In this document: in pieces, positions 33,743-42,489 of the stretch
Numbering within the stretch: the stretch's first letter is position 1
Layout of the letters: every line of letters begins with the position of its first letter
Notes under the pieces: model-generated
What the model was told of the DNA's origin: nothing
Database searches by the model: none
Seen by the model: only the letters and a program-made list of their open reading frames with translations
Translations under genes and position numbers: made by a program
From: an uncultured Methanosarcinales archaeon
GTDB lineage: Archaea; Nanobdellota; Nanobdellia; Woesearchaeales; ARS49
Direction of reading: 5' to 3'
NCBI GenBank assembly: GCA_964362535.1
Contig: CAYIEN010000002.1
Coordinates: forward strand, 8,133 to 72,132
Length of the DNA stretch: 64,000 nt

Positions 33743-34459
33743 ATGAAGAAATTGTTCGTTATGATGAGTGTGTTGTTGTTGCTCGTGCCGTTGGTGGTGG
33801 CGGAGTCGTATTCGTGTTATTCTGAATCGCAATTGCAGGAGAAGGATGAGGAGTGTCGTTCGGTGGGTCTTGTTTCTTCGCGGTATGTGGATGCCAATGG
33901 CTGCGGACAAGTGCGTTGTCAGGATGTTGAGCATACGTGTTTGTCGCGTGATGATTTGGCGCGTGATGCTGAGATTTGTCAGGATAATGGCATTCGCGCG
34001 GTGTATGATATTGACAGGTATGATTGTCAGTTCGTGACGTGTTTGAGCGCGCGATGTACAACGGACCAAGTGCATACGAATGCTGTTGAGAAGTGCAAGG
34101 AGCTTGGCCGTTTTCCTGATGTCACGGTTGATGATGAGGGTTGCAGGATTGTGACGTGTATGGACTTGAGTTGTCCGGATGTTTCGTCGCAGAAGGAGTC
34201 GTGCGTGCGTAGGGAGCTTGACGCGGTTGAATACAAGGACGCGAAGGGTTGTGACGCGGTGAAGTGCGCTACTCCTCCGGGTGTTGCGTGCAGACGTTCG
34301 ACAACGGGCGATTGCTACACGTTTTCGTGCTCTGACGGCATGATGTATGATTCGTGCAAGAGCTGTCCTGCGACAACAGCATCCACTTCCACAGATACGA
34401 TGACGATTGGTACCACGGATACTCGAGGCTTTTGGGCTCGCTTGTTTAACTGGAAGTAA
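33743..34459 (+). CDS. secreted cysteine-rich tandem-repeat protein (novel 4-Cys module)
   Basis: Signal peptide MKKLFVMMSVLLLLVPLVVA. Four units of about 40 aa with the pattern C-x10-12-C-x14-16-C-x4-C, then CRRSTTGDCYTFSCSDGMMYDSCKSC. Confidence 0.7.
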   Translation: MKKLFVMMSVLLLLVPLVVAESYSCYSESQLQEKDEECRSVGLVSSRYVDANGCGQVRCQDVEHTCLSRDDLARDAEICQDNGIRAVYDIDRYDCQFVTCLSARCTTDQVHTNAVEKCKELGRFPDVTVDDEGCRIVTCMDLSCPDVSSQKESCVRRELDAVEYKDAKGCDAVKCATPPGVACRRSTTGDCYTFSCSDGMMYDSCKSCPATTASTSTDTMTIGTTDTRGFWARLFNWK

Positions 34460-34551
34460 CAATTCTTGTTTTTTATTTCTTTTTTTTCGTTTTTAGACCA
34501 CTGGACAACGTATCGGTAAGCATTTAAGTAAGTTCTTCGGTTATTTTCTTT

Positions 34552-35349
34552 ATGTTGCGTCAAAGTTTTTTGTTTTTGCCGGGTGTGAGTGCCAAAAAGG
34601 AGAAGGTGATTTGGCAGCATGCTGCTGATTGGAATAGTTTTCTCGCGGCAGAGTCGATTCCGGGAATCGCAGCAGACACCAAGCACCAGTTTAACTCCAT
34701 GATTGAGGAGTTGAAGAGCGCGGTGTATGATGATAATTTGGGTTTGCTTGCGAAATTGTTTCCTTCTGCGGAGCAGTGGCGTTTGTATCAGGATTTTCGG
34801 GACGAAGCAGTATTTCTTGACATCGAGACGGGTCCGCGAGGTGACGTGACGGTTGTGGGGATGTCTGATGGCGAAACGACAAAGACGTTTGTGCAGGGGA
34901 TTAATCTTGACAGGCAGGCTCTTGTTGATGCGCTGAAACCTTACAAATTACTGGTAACGTTTAATGGTAAGAGTTTTGATGTTCCTGTGTTGCAAAAATA
35001 TTTTCGAATTCCGTTTGCTATGCCTCATGTTGACCTCAAAGTGGTGTGCGGCAGGCTTGGCTACACGGGTGGTTTGAAAGTTATCGAGCCGCAGTTGGGT
35101 ATTAAGCGTCCGGAAGAGTTGAAGCACGTGACGGGTCAGCAGGCGGCTGAATTGTGGCGTTGTTGGAAGGCAACGGGTGATAAGGATTTCTTTAACATGC
35201 TGATTAAGTATAATGAGGAGGATTGTATTAATCTGAAGACGATTGCGGACAGGTTAGTGCCGCAGTTGTGGGAGCAAACGCGTAATGGAACGCGTGTTTC
35301 GGTGGAACTCGAGGCAGAAACGCTTATAAACAAAAACGAGAGTGTATAG
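34552..35349 (+). CDS. RNase H-like (YprB/COG3359-type) predicted exonuclease
   Basis: FLDIET, TFNGKSFDVPVL and YNEEDCINL (DEDD-like acidic residues). Confidence 0.7.
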   Translation: MLRQSFLFLPGVSAKKEKVIWQHAADWNSFLAAESIPGIAADTKHQFNSMIEELKSAVYDDNLGLLAKLFPSAEQWRLYQDFRDEAVFLDIETGPRGDVTVVGMSDGETTKTFVQGINLDRQALVDALKPYKLLVTFNGKSFDVPVLQKYFRIPFAMPHVDLKVVCGRLGYTGGLKVIEPQLGIKRPEELKHVTGQQAAELWRCWKATGDKDFFNMLIKYNEEDCINLKTIADRLVPQLWEQTRNGTRVSVELEAETLINKNESV

Positions 35350-35351
35350 GT

Positions 35352-35645
35352 ATGCCTGCGAAGAAACAACGAAAGTCAGTGAAGAAAGTAGTGAGTAAGC
35401 CTGTAGCGAAGCATAATCATTCGTTTGCGGGTTTGTTGTTGGGTCTTATCGCGCTTTTGGGTTGCTGGATTCCGTTCTTAGGCACAATTCTTGCACTCAT
35501 TGCTATTGTTTCGTCACGTAAGGGCGGTTTCATGAACATTATTGGTTGTACGCTTGGCATTATTGCGCTGATTTTGAGCTTGGCGATTCTTGGCTTAGTG
35601 GTATTTCTGTTTAGTATAGGCTTTTTCGCGGGAAAAGCGTTTTAA
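35352..35645 (+). CDS. small membrane protein (DUF4190-like)
   Basis: Basic N-terminus followed by two or three TM helices (GLLLGLIALLGCWIPFLGTILALIAIV). Confidence 0.55.
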   Translation: MPAKKQRKSVKKVVSKPVAKHNHSFAGLLLGLIALLGCWIPFLGTILALIAIVSSRKGGFMNIIGCTLGIIALILSLAILGLVVFLFSIGFFAGKAF

Positions 35646-36139
35646 CGATTTTTTGAGAATGCGATAAGAATTCCGTAGAGTGACGTTCCAAGTCCTGTGC
35701 CGATGATGGAGGGGAGGTCTCGTGTTTCTGGCGGAAGAAGGTATGCGAAGGTTGCGCCGAGCGTAAAGCCTATCATGGCGCCCGCAGTTAGTGTGCTGAT
35801 GGATGTGGAGGGGAGTTTTTGCGGGCGGAGCGCGGTCATGACTTCTTCAGTGGTGGGATGGTCTCGTTGTTGTGTGTTGTAAATGCGTTCGCTGAGGGTT
35901 TGTTCTTTTGCGACGCGTTCATAGATTTCTCCGTTGTGTTCAACTTCATTATAGAATGAGGTGGGTTCGCGCCAGCGTTTCCAGGCGTCTTCAACTACTG
36001 CGTCGACATCGGGTGCGTATTTGCCGGCGCGGAGTTTGATTCCTTGTGCCCAGGCAATAGTGGTGTCTTTGGTGAGTGCGTGGTCGCGGATGCCGCGGTG
36101 GAGTTCGTTGCATTCGCGACGGAACTGGTCATATTTCAT
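35642..36139 (-). CDS. hypothetical C-terminally membrane-anchored protein
   Basis: ATG at 36139 (MKYDQFRRE) with a TTTATATA box centred 26.5 nt upstream. The longer track ORF would overlap the nth gene. Two C-terminal TM helices. Confidence 0.5.
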   Translation of the reverse strand: MKYDQFRRECNELHRGIRDHALTKDTTIAWAQGIKLRAGKYAPDVDAVVEDAWKRWREPTSFYNEVEHNGEIYERVAKEQTLSERIYNTQQRDHPTTEEVMTALRPQKLPSTSISTLTAGAMIGFTLGATFAYLLPPETRDLPSIIGTGLGTSLYGILIAFSKNR

Positions 36140-36186
36140 CGTGCGAGAAACAACGTTTTGCTTTATATACTTTCCGACATGGCTTT

Positions 36187-36837
36187 TTAGCGAGAAGTGG
36201 TCACGCCAACGCGTTTGCAGAGTTTGTAAATGGGGCAGATGGAGCATTTCGGAGAAATAGGAGCGCAGATGGTTTTGCCATGCGCGACCAAGGTGTCGTT
36301 GACGGCTTGCCAGTGTTTTTGCGGGATGAGTTTCATGAGTTTTTGTTCCGTCTCCTCAGGCATTTTCGTTTTCACCCAGCCGAGTCGATTAGAAATACGA
36401 TGCACGTGAATGTCAACCGGGATTGCGTCTTTGCCGAACGAGTAGACAAGAACGCAGTTTGCGACTTTGCGTCCAACACCAGGAAACAAAAGCAATTGGT
36501 CAAGTTCATCAGGAACCACGCTATCAAAATCTTGAACTAACATTTTTGCCGCTCCCATGATGCTTTTTGTTTTTGCGTTGAAGAAGCCGATTCTGCGAAT
36601 TATTTTCTTGACGTCAGAAGGTTTTGCGTTCATTAAGGAGTTCGCGTCGGGATATTTTTTGAAGAGTTCTTCGGCGATGACTTCAGTCACTTCATCCTTC
36701 GCGCGGGCGGAAAGAATCGTAGAAATCAGCACTTTGTAGGGAGCATACTTTTGTCCCATCCGTCCCAACATAGTGCTTATTCCTTGCTGTTTGAGGAGTG
36801 TAGAGAGTGTTTTGTCAATCTGGTCGTGCGAAATCAT
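36187..36837 (-). CDS. nth: endonuclease III (DNA glycosylase/AP lyase)
   Basis: HhH-GPD: LLFPGVGRKVANCVL, VDIHVHR, and the 4Fe-4S cluster loop CAPISPKCSICPIYKLC. Confidence 0.85.
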   Translation of the reverse strand: MISHDQIDKTLSTLLKQQGISTMLGRMGQKYAPYKVLISTILSARAKDEVTEVIAEELFKKYPDANSLMNAKPSDVKKIIRRIGFFNAKTKSIMGAAKMLVQDFDSVVPDELDQLLLFPGVGRKVANCVLVYSFGKDAIPVDIHVHRISNRLGWVKTKMPEETEQKLMKLIPQKHWQAVNDTLVAHGKTICAPISPKCSICPIYKLCKRVGVTTSR

Positions 36838-37204
36838 TTGATACCTCGAAGAAATTAAGCATGCCATTGCAGGGGCGTTCAGGTAGGCGTTGCGGGTTTG
36901 TTAATACAAAGCCGTAGCGTGGTTTTCCGTCCCAATCGCTGAGTGCGAGGTGCAGGTGTTTGTCGGCGTCCCATTGTTGTTTTGTTTCGTATTTTTTGAC
37001 GCTGACGAGAGTGACCTTTCCGATGATGCATTTGCCTGGCGGATTGACGAGAGTGAAGTAAGCACAGGCGGAAGGGTTAGGATTGCCGGACGCGTGCACG
37101 AGAAACTCGCCGCGGAAGGACGTGTTCCAGTTGCGTGTTTCGATTGTTTTTTTGCCCGAGACGACTAATTCTGCCCAGGGTTGTTTGAGTGAGAGTGCTT
37201 TCAT
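36815..37204 (-). CDS. ASCH domain protein
   Basis: MKALSLKQPWAELVVSGKKTIETRNW is the typical ASCH N-terminus; 129 aa. Confidence 0.75.
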   Translation of the reverse strand: MKALSLKQPWAELVVSGKKTIETRNWNTSFRGEFLVHASGNPNPSACAYFTLVNPPGKCIIGKVTLVSVKKYETKQQWDADKHLHLALSDWDGKPRYGFVLTNPQRLPERPCNGMLNFFEVSNDFARPD

Positions 37205-37276
37205 CGTGTTTGTTTTGTTTTCGTGTTACTTAAACATTTGCGAAGGAATAAATAGGTGTGGGAACTTTATGCCCTC

Positions 37277-37978
37277 ATGTTCGAAAAACTTGTTCCTTTG
37301 GGATTAACATTGACAGAATCGAAGATTTATGTCATGCTTGTTGACTTAGGAAGGTCGCAGGCAGGGATTATCTCGAGAAAAACAGGGATTCATCGCCGAA
37401 GTGTGTATGATGCTCTTGAACGATTAATAGAGAAAGGTTTAGTTTCTTACATTAAGGAGAATGAAAAGCGTTTTTACGTTCCAACAGACCCGCAGCATCT
37501 TTTAGAATTATTGAAACACACTGAAACAGACCTGCAAACCGTTCTTCCGTCGTTGAAAGCGAAGTATGCGGAAGCGAAGCAGAAGCAGGAGACGCTATTC
37601 TATAGGGGAGTGGAAGGTATCAAAGCCATCTTCGATGACCAGATCGCGACGGGCAAGGATGTTTCCATTATGGGTGCTGCGAGAAATGCTCCTGAAATTT
37701 TGAAATACTATTTAGGCCATTACACAGAAAAGAGATTGAAGAAGAATATCAAGTTGCAATTGATTTATGCAGGTAAGAAGAACAAAGAAACCGTTCCGAA
37801 CGCCGAAATCAAGTATTTACCTGATGAATTCGCCAGCCCCGTATCAACAAACGTTTACGGCGATAAAGTGGCAATCATTGTCTGGGGCGTCGAACCCGTT
37901 GCAATCTTGATCAAGAGTAAAGAAATCGCGCAGGCATACCATTCGTACTTCAGTTTGTTGTGGTCGTTGGCGAAATAA
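37277..37978 (+). CDS. TrmB family transcriptional regulator
   Basis: LGLTLTESKIYVMLVDLGRSQAGIISRKTGIHRRSVYDALERLIEKGLV wHTH. The ATG at 37277 is 26.5 nt from the AATAAATA box centre. Confidence 0.75.
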   Translation: MFEKLVPLGLTLTESKIYVMLVDLGRSQAGIISRKTGIHRRSVYDALERLIEKGLVSYIKENEKRFYVPTDPQHLLELLKHTETDLQTVLPSLKAKYAEAKQKQETLFYRGVEGIKAIFDDQIATGKDVSIMGAARNAPEILKYYLGHYTEKRLKKNIKLQLIYAGKKNKETVPNAEIKYLPDEFASPVSTNVYGDKVAIIVWGVEPVAILIKSKEIAQAYHSYFSLLWSLAK

Positions 37979-38181
37979 AAGAAAAAATAAATCACCACTC
38001 GCAAATAAATAATGCTCGTTATCACTCAGCATCTTTCTTTTCTCTACTATGCATAACCACAATCTATTTAAATCAGAAAAAGGATTTTCCTAGTGGTAGC
38101 AAAAGAGGTGAAACCACAAGTAATGGTGGTTTCTACATCGTCGGCATCGTCGGTGGCTCTTGAAGCATACCGCCCTATATG

Positions 38182-38200
38182 TTGTGTATATCAAGCACAA
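38182..38200 (+). promoter_or_regulatory. imperfect palindrome TTGTG-N9-CACAA overlapping the nrdR TATA region (candidate operator)
   Basis: TTGTGTATATCAAGCACAA ends 10 nt before the nrdR ATG. The adjacent CCCTATATGTTGTGT shares the CTATAT...GTGT part of bacterial NrdR boxes. The match is weak. Confidence 0.25.
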
Positions 38201-38209
38201 TGAACCACC

Positions 38210-38665
38210 ATGAACTGCCCGTTTTGTCTCCACGTTGAAAGCAAAGTGGTGGACAGCCGAGCGTCGGTTGATGGTGGCGAGACAAGAAGAAGGCGAGAAT
38301 GTTTGGATTGCGAAAAGCGATTCACAACGTACGAACGATTGGACACGGTTGATTTGGCAATCATCAAGAAGGATGGTCGCCGGGAAGCGTTTAGCCGCGA
38401 AAAACTCACAAGGGGCTTGTTCAAGGCGTGCGAGAAACGTCCAATCGCGAGAGAAAAGATAGAAGCGGCGGTTTCCGCAATTGAGGCAGGGTTAAGAAAG
38501 AACGACCGCCAAGAAGTGTCGTCGAGAAAAATTGGTGAATTAGTAATGGAACAATTGAAAAAATTAGACCATGTCGCGTATGTCCGTTTTGCTTCTGTGT
38601 ATCGAAGTTTCAGAGATATTTCACAATTCGAGAAAGAAATCAAACTATTAAAACAGGAAAAATGA
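38210..38665 (+). CDS. nrdR: transcriptional repressor NrdR (Zn ribbon + ATP-cone)
   Basis: MNCPFCLHVESKVVDSRASVDGGETRRRRECLDCEKRFTTYE followed by an ATP-cone (IIKKDGRREAFSREKLTRGL...). Full length, 151 aa. Confidence 0.9.
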   Translation: MNCPFCLHVESKVVDSRASVDGGETRRRRECLDCEKRFTTYERLDTVDLAIIKKDGRREAFSREKLTRGLFKACEKRPIAREKIEAAVSAIEAGLRKNDRQEVSSRKIGELVMEQLKKLDHVAYVRFASVYRSFRDISQFEKEIKLLKQEK

Positions 38666-38675
38666 GGTGTGTTGT

Positions 38676-41600
38676 ATGCAAGTAAGTGTTCAGACCCCGG
38701 GTTTATTTGTCGGCAGAAAATTTACATCGCCGAGTACGTCGCCGTATGATATGTTGGAATACGAAAAGCGATCTTCAGTAATTAAAGAGCCTGACGGTCG
38801 TATCGTGTTCGAGATGACGGATGTCGAAGTTCCGAAAACGTGGTCACAACTTGCAACAGACATTGTAGTTTCTAAATACTTCAGAAAGGCTGGCGTTCCA
38901 GGAACGGGTCACGAAGTGAACGTTAAGCAAGTCGTCAACCGTATTGCGCACACCATTCGCGGTTTTGGCGAAGAGCACGGCTATTTCCGATTGAAGGATG
39001 ACGCGAACGCGTTCGAAGACGAACTTGCATACATGTTGTTAACCCAAAGAGGGGCGTTCAACTCGCCTGTTTGGTTCAATTGTGGCTTGTTCCACCAGTA
39101 TGGGGTGCTCGGCAGTTCGGGCAACCACGCGTGGGACTTTGGCACGAAGAAAATCGACGTGATGGCACACGCATACCAACGCCCTCAGTGTTCGGCGTGT
39201 TTCATTCAGTCGATCAATGACGATATCAAGAGTATTTTCGACTTGTTGAGTCACGAAGCGACCGTGTTCAAGTATGGTTCCGGTACGGGAACGAACTTTA
39301 GTAAGTTGCGAGCGACGGGCGAGCAGTTGTCCGGCGGTGGCACGAGTTCGGGATTGATGAGCTTCCTGAAGGTGTTTGACACGGGCGCGGGCGCAATCAA
39401 GTCTGGTGGTACAACACGAAGAGCGGCGAAGATGGTCGTTCTCGATATGGACCACCCTGACATTTTGGAATTCGTTCAATGGAAATCCAAGGAAGAAAAG
39501 AAGGCCAAGGCGTTGATTGCCGCGGGTTATCCTTCGGACTTTAACGGCGAAGCGTACGCGACGGTTGCGGGTCAGAACTCCAACAACAGCGTGCGTTTGA
39601 CGGATGAATTCATGAATGCATATCTTTCTGGCGGCACGTTCGCGACCAAATGGCGAACAACGGGCAAGACGGCGAAGGAATATGATGCGAAGTTTATGAT
39701 GAGTAAGATTGCGGAGGCTGCGTGGATTTGCGCGGATCCGGGCGTGCAGTTTGATACAACGATGAATGACTGGCACACGTGTCCGAACACTGGCAGAATT
39801 AATGCAAGTAACCCGTGTTCTGAATATTTGTTCTTGGACGACTCGGCATGCAACCTCGCAAGCATTAACTTGATGAAGTTTGTTGACGAGAAAGGTGTGT
39901 TTGACATTGAGGGCTATCGCCATGCGTGTCGCACGTTCTTTGTCGCGCAAGAAATTTTGGTCGATTTGTCAAGTTATCCGACGGGGCCGATTGCGCAGAA
40001 CAGCCATGATTATAGAACGCTTGGCTTGGGCTACGCAAATCTCGGTACGTTGTTGATGGTTTGGGGCATCCCCTATGACTCGGACAAGGGCCGAGCGATT
40101 GCGGGAGCTTTGACTGCAATCATGACTGGTCACGCGTATGTCGCGTCTGCTGAAATGGCGGCCGTGAAGGGCGCGTTCGAAGGCTATGCAAAGAACAAGG
40201 AGCCGATGCTTCGAGTGATGCGTAAGCATCGAGATGCGGCGTACCAGATTGATGTTCGTTTCTGCCCGGCTGATTTGTTGAAGGCTGCGCGTGAAGACTG
40301 GGATCGCGCGGTTGAGTTGGGCGAAAAGTATGGTTACAGAAATGCACAGGCAACAGTCATTGCTCCGACCGGAACAATCGGACTTTTGATGGACTGTGAC
40401 ACGACGGGTGTTGAGCCTGAATTCGCGATGGTCAAGTGGAAGAAGTTGGCTGGCGGCGGTTACTTCAAGATTGTGAACAATAGTATTGTTCGCGCGTTGA
40501 ACACGCTTGGGTACAGTGAAGACCAAGTGAGTGAGATGCTTGAATACGTGCTTGGTCACAATACGTTCGAAGGCGCTCCTCATGTGCATACGGAAGCGTT
40601 GCGCGCGATGGGATTTACAAGCGACCAAATCAAGGAAGCCGAAGCAAGTGTCCAAAAAGCAAAGTCGTGGAACGACTGGACTCCGCACATCAATCCGAAG
40701 ACGCTGATCAACAAGGGGTTGAGCAAGCAGCAGATTGATGAGGCGAAGATTTACGTTGAAGGCGCACAGACGTTGGAGGGCGCTCCGGATTTGAAGCCGG
40801 AACATGGTGCAGTGTTTGATTGCGCGAACCCGTGCGGTATTGGTAAGCGATTTATCGACCCGATGGGGCACGTGAAGATGATGGTTGCGGTGCAGCCGTT
40901 TATCTCCGGCGCTATCTCGAAGACGGTGAACTTGCCGAATTACGCGACGGTTGAGGATATTCAGAATATTTATGTTGAGGCGTGGAAGATGGGCTTGAAG
41001 GCTGTTGCGTTGTATCGTGATGGTTGCAAGTCGTCGCAACCCTTGAACACGAAGAGCGAGGAAAAGGCGGCTGACAAAGTCGTTGAGAAGGTTGTTGCTC
41101 CGCAAATTATCGTGCAGGAGTATACGGGCTTGAAGCGCGGTCAGAAGCTTGAGCTTCCTCCGAATAGTGATGGATGTACCGTGGAATCGACGGTCGCGGG
41201 ACACAAGTTTTTCTTGCGTGCGGGTGAGTATGAGGACGGCAAGCTTGGCGAAATCTTCATTGATATGCACAAGGAAGGCGCGGCGTATCGTTCGTTGATC
41301 AACTGCTTCGCTATCGCGGTGTCGATTGGTTTGCAGTATGGTGTTCCGTTGGAGAAGTTCGTGGATAAGTTTACGTTCACGCGTTTCGAGCCGAACGGCA
41401 TGACGGATCACCCGAACGTCAGAATGTGCACGTCGATTATTGACTTGGTGTTCCGTGTCCTTGGATACGAATATCTTGGGCGTACGGACTTTTTGCACGT
41501 GAAGCCAACAACGATGGATGAAGTGTCTGTCGCTCCGGCACCGGCTGCGGCTGATGATGTGCAGGCGTCGTTAGACACGTTTGAGTCAAAGCTTCCGTCG

Positions 41601-41738
41601 GAAGCGTCAGGTATGCAGCAGCAGTTGGGCAAAATGATGGGTGACGCTCCGGCGTGCTCATCCTGCGGTCACGTTACTGTTCGCAACGGCTCGTGCTACA
41701 AGTGCCTGAACTGCGGCAACTCGATGGGTTGCAGTTAA
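38676..41738 (+). CDS. nrdJ: class II (adenosylcobalamin-dependent) ribonucleotide reductase, long bacterial type
   Basis: QCSACFIQSI, GSGTGTNFSKLR and the intact radical-site motif ASNPCSEYLFLDDSACNLASINL; C-terminal CSSCG...CYKCLNCG zinc finger. ATG at 38676, 6 nt after the GAGGTG SD that spans the nrdR stop. Confidence 0.9.
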   Translation: MQVSVQTPGLFVGRKFTSPSTSPYDMLEYEKRSSVIKEPDGRIVFEMTDVEVPKTWSQLATDIVVSKYFRKAGVPGTGHEVNVKQVVNRIAHTIRGFGEEHGYFRLKDDANAFEDELAYMLLTQRGAFNSPVWFNCGLFHQYGVLGSSGNHAWDFGTKKIDVMAHAYQRPQCSACFIQSINDDIKSIFDLLSHEATVFKYGSGTGTNFSKLRATGEQLSGGGTSSGLMSFLKVFDTGAGAIKSGGTTRRAAKMVVLDMDHPDILEFVQWKSKEEKKAKALIAAGYPSDFNGEAYATVAGQNSNNSVRLTDEFMNAYLSGGTFATKWRTTGKTAKEYDAKFMMSKIAEAAWICADPGVQFDTTMNDWHTCPNTGRINASNPCSEYLFLDDSACNLASINLMKFVDEKGVFDIEGYRHACRTFFVAQEILVDLSSYPTGPIAQNSHDYRTLGLGYANLGTLLMVWGIPYDSDKGRAIAGALTAIMTGHAYVASAEMAAVKGAFEGYAKNKEPMLRVMRKHRDAAYQIDVRFCPADLLKAAREDWDRAVELGEKYGYRNAQATVIAPTGTIGLLMDCDTTGVEPEFAMVKWKKLAGGGYFKIVNNSIVRALNTLGYSEDQVSEMLEYVLGHNTFEGAPHVHTEALRAMGFTSDQIKEAEASVQKAKSWNDWTPHINPKTLINKGLSKQQIDEAKIYVEGAQTLEGAPDLKPEHGAVFDCANPCGIGKRFIDPMGHVKMMVAVQPFISGAISKTVNLPNYATVEDIQNIYVEAWKMGLKAVALYRDGCKSSQPLNTKSEEKAADKVVEKVVAPQIIVQEYTGLKRGQKLELPPNSDGCTVESTVAGHKFFLRAGEYEDGKLGEIFIDMHKEGAAYRSLINCFAIAVSIGLQYGVPLEKFVDKFTFTRFEPNGMTDHPNVRMCTSIIDLVFRVLGYEYLGRTDFLHVKPTTMDEVSVAPAPAAADDVQASLDTFESKLPSEASGMQQQLGKMMGDAPACSSCGHVTVRNGSCYKCLNCGNSMGCS

Positions 41739-41740
41739 GC

Positions 41741-42142
41741 ATGACCTTGGAGCATGAACTGGTCAGCGTGACGCTGTCGCAAAACGATTTTTCTTCTTTT
41801 ATTTCTTTATTTAAACAAAAACTTGTTGATTGGGACCGGTCTTGTCGTTCGTATATGGAGGGTGAGTCTCGTTTTCGCACTCCGGAGTATGAGGTTGCAG
41901 TCGCGATGGGGCGTGCGCAGCGTCAGGTCGCGTTTGGCGTCATTTTTGATGCGATGAAGAAGACTGGTCTGCGATTGGACTGGCCTGAGTTGGTGAGTGA
42001 GATTAATGGCGAGTCTATTTTTTCTGCTGTGTTTCCTGAGGAGCTTGCGGGTGATGTTGGTGCGGCGCACGCATATACGTTGGGTTGGGTGCTTCGCCAA
42101 GTGCAGGGTCCGTATTATGATGCGGTGCGCGAACGACTATGA
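41741..42142 (+). CDS. hypothetical protein (133 aa) in the nrdJ-pduO operon
   Basis: The ATG lies 2 nt after the nrdJ stop. No recognised family. Confidence 0.5.
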   Translation: MTLEHELVSVTLSQNDFSSFISLFKQKLVDWDRSCRSYMEGESRFRTPEYEVAVAMGRAQRQVAFGVIFDAMKKTGLRLDWPELVSEINGESIFSAVFPEELAGDVGAAHAYTLGWVLRQVQGPYYDAVRERL

Positions 42143-42489
42143 CTTCTGAACTTTCGATTGATACATTCGTTGAAGAATTGTTCACGAGGCATCGGAGGGA
42201 TTTGTTGGTCGAGCACCGTCGGAATCCGTGGAAGGTTTCGTTTTGGCGTTTGCACGAGAATGAGTCGTATCAAGGGCTTGTGAAGTTGGGCAGTAAGGCG
42301 TTTCCGTACTTTCGGTTTGCGCTGGAACAGCAGGGTCCTGATGCGTTGTTTCTTGCGGCTGCGGTGGTGACGATTGTGCAGGGGGATGCGCAATTGCGCG
42401 TTTCTACCGAGGCGTTGAAGTATCAGCAGGCGGAGCGCGCGGTGGAGTACGCGTTGGGTTTGATGAATGAGTTTCAGAGGCAGGCATGA
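42139..42489 (+). CDS. hypothetical protein (116 aa) in the nrdJ-pduO operon
   Basis: ATGA overlaps at both ends (42139 and 42486). No recognised family. Confidence 0.5.
   Translation: MTSELSIDTFVEELFTRHRRDLLVEHRRNPWKVSFWRLHENESYQGLVKLGSKAFPYFRFALEQQGPDALFLAAAVVTIVQGDAQLRVSTEALKYQQAERAVEYALGLMNEFQRQA

Noticed and set aside
33647-34462. 271-aa minus-strand ORF antisense to the Cys-repeat protein gene
   Set aside because: The product is an Arg/His/Thr/Ile-rich monotone sequence. The plus-strand frame has a signal peptide and a regular Cys periodicity that would not arise by chance.
38096-38209. Cobalamin riboswitch upstream of the nrdR-nrdJ operon
   Set aside because: I looked for the conserved B12-box and the surrounding multi-stem architecture and found neither. 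Only a single short hairpin and a tandem 9-mer are present.
39039-41498. Very long minus-strand ORFs (303 aa at 39039..39950 and 509 aa at 39969..41498) antisense to nrdJ
   Set aside because: Their products are Arg/His/Leu/Thr-rich low complexity with no motifs. They lie fully inside a gene with unambiguous RNR motifs on the other strand. These are typical shadow ORFs caused by the codon bias of the sense strand.
38676-41738. Possible intein in the 1020-aa NrdJ, because of its length
   Set aside because: The sequence is colinear with long bacterial-type NrdJ, including the C-terminal zinc finger. I saw no intein splice-junction blocks or a homing-endonuclease-like insert interrupting the catalytic motifs.
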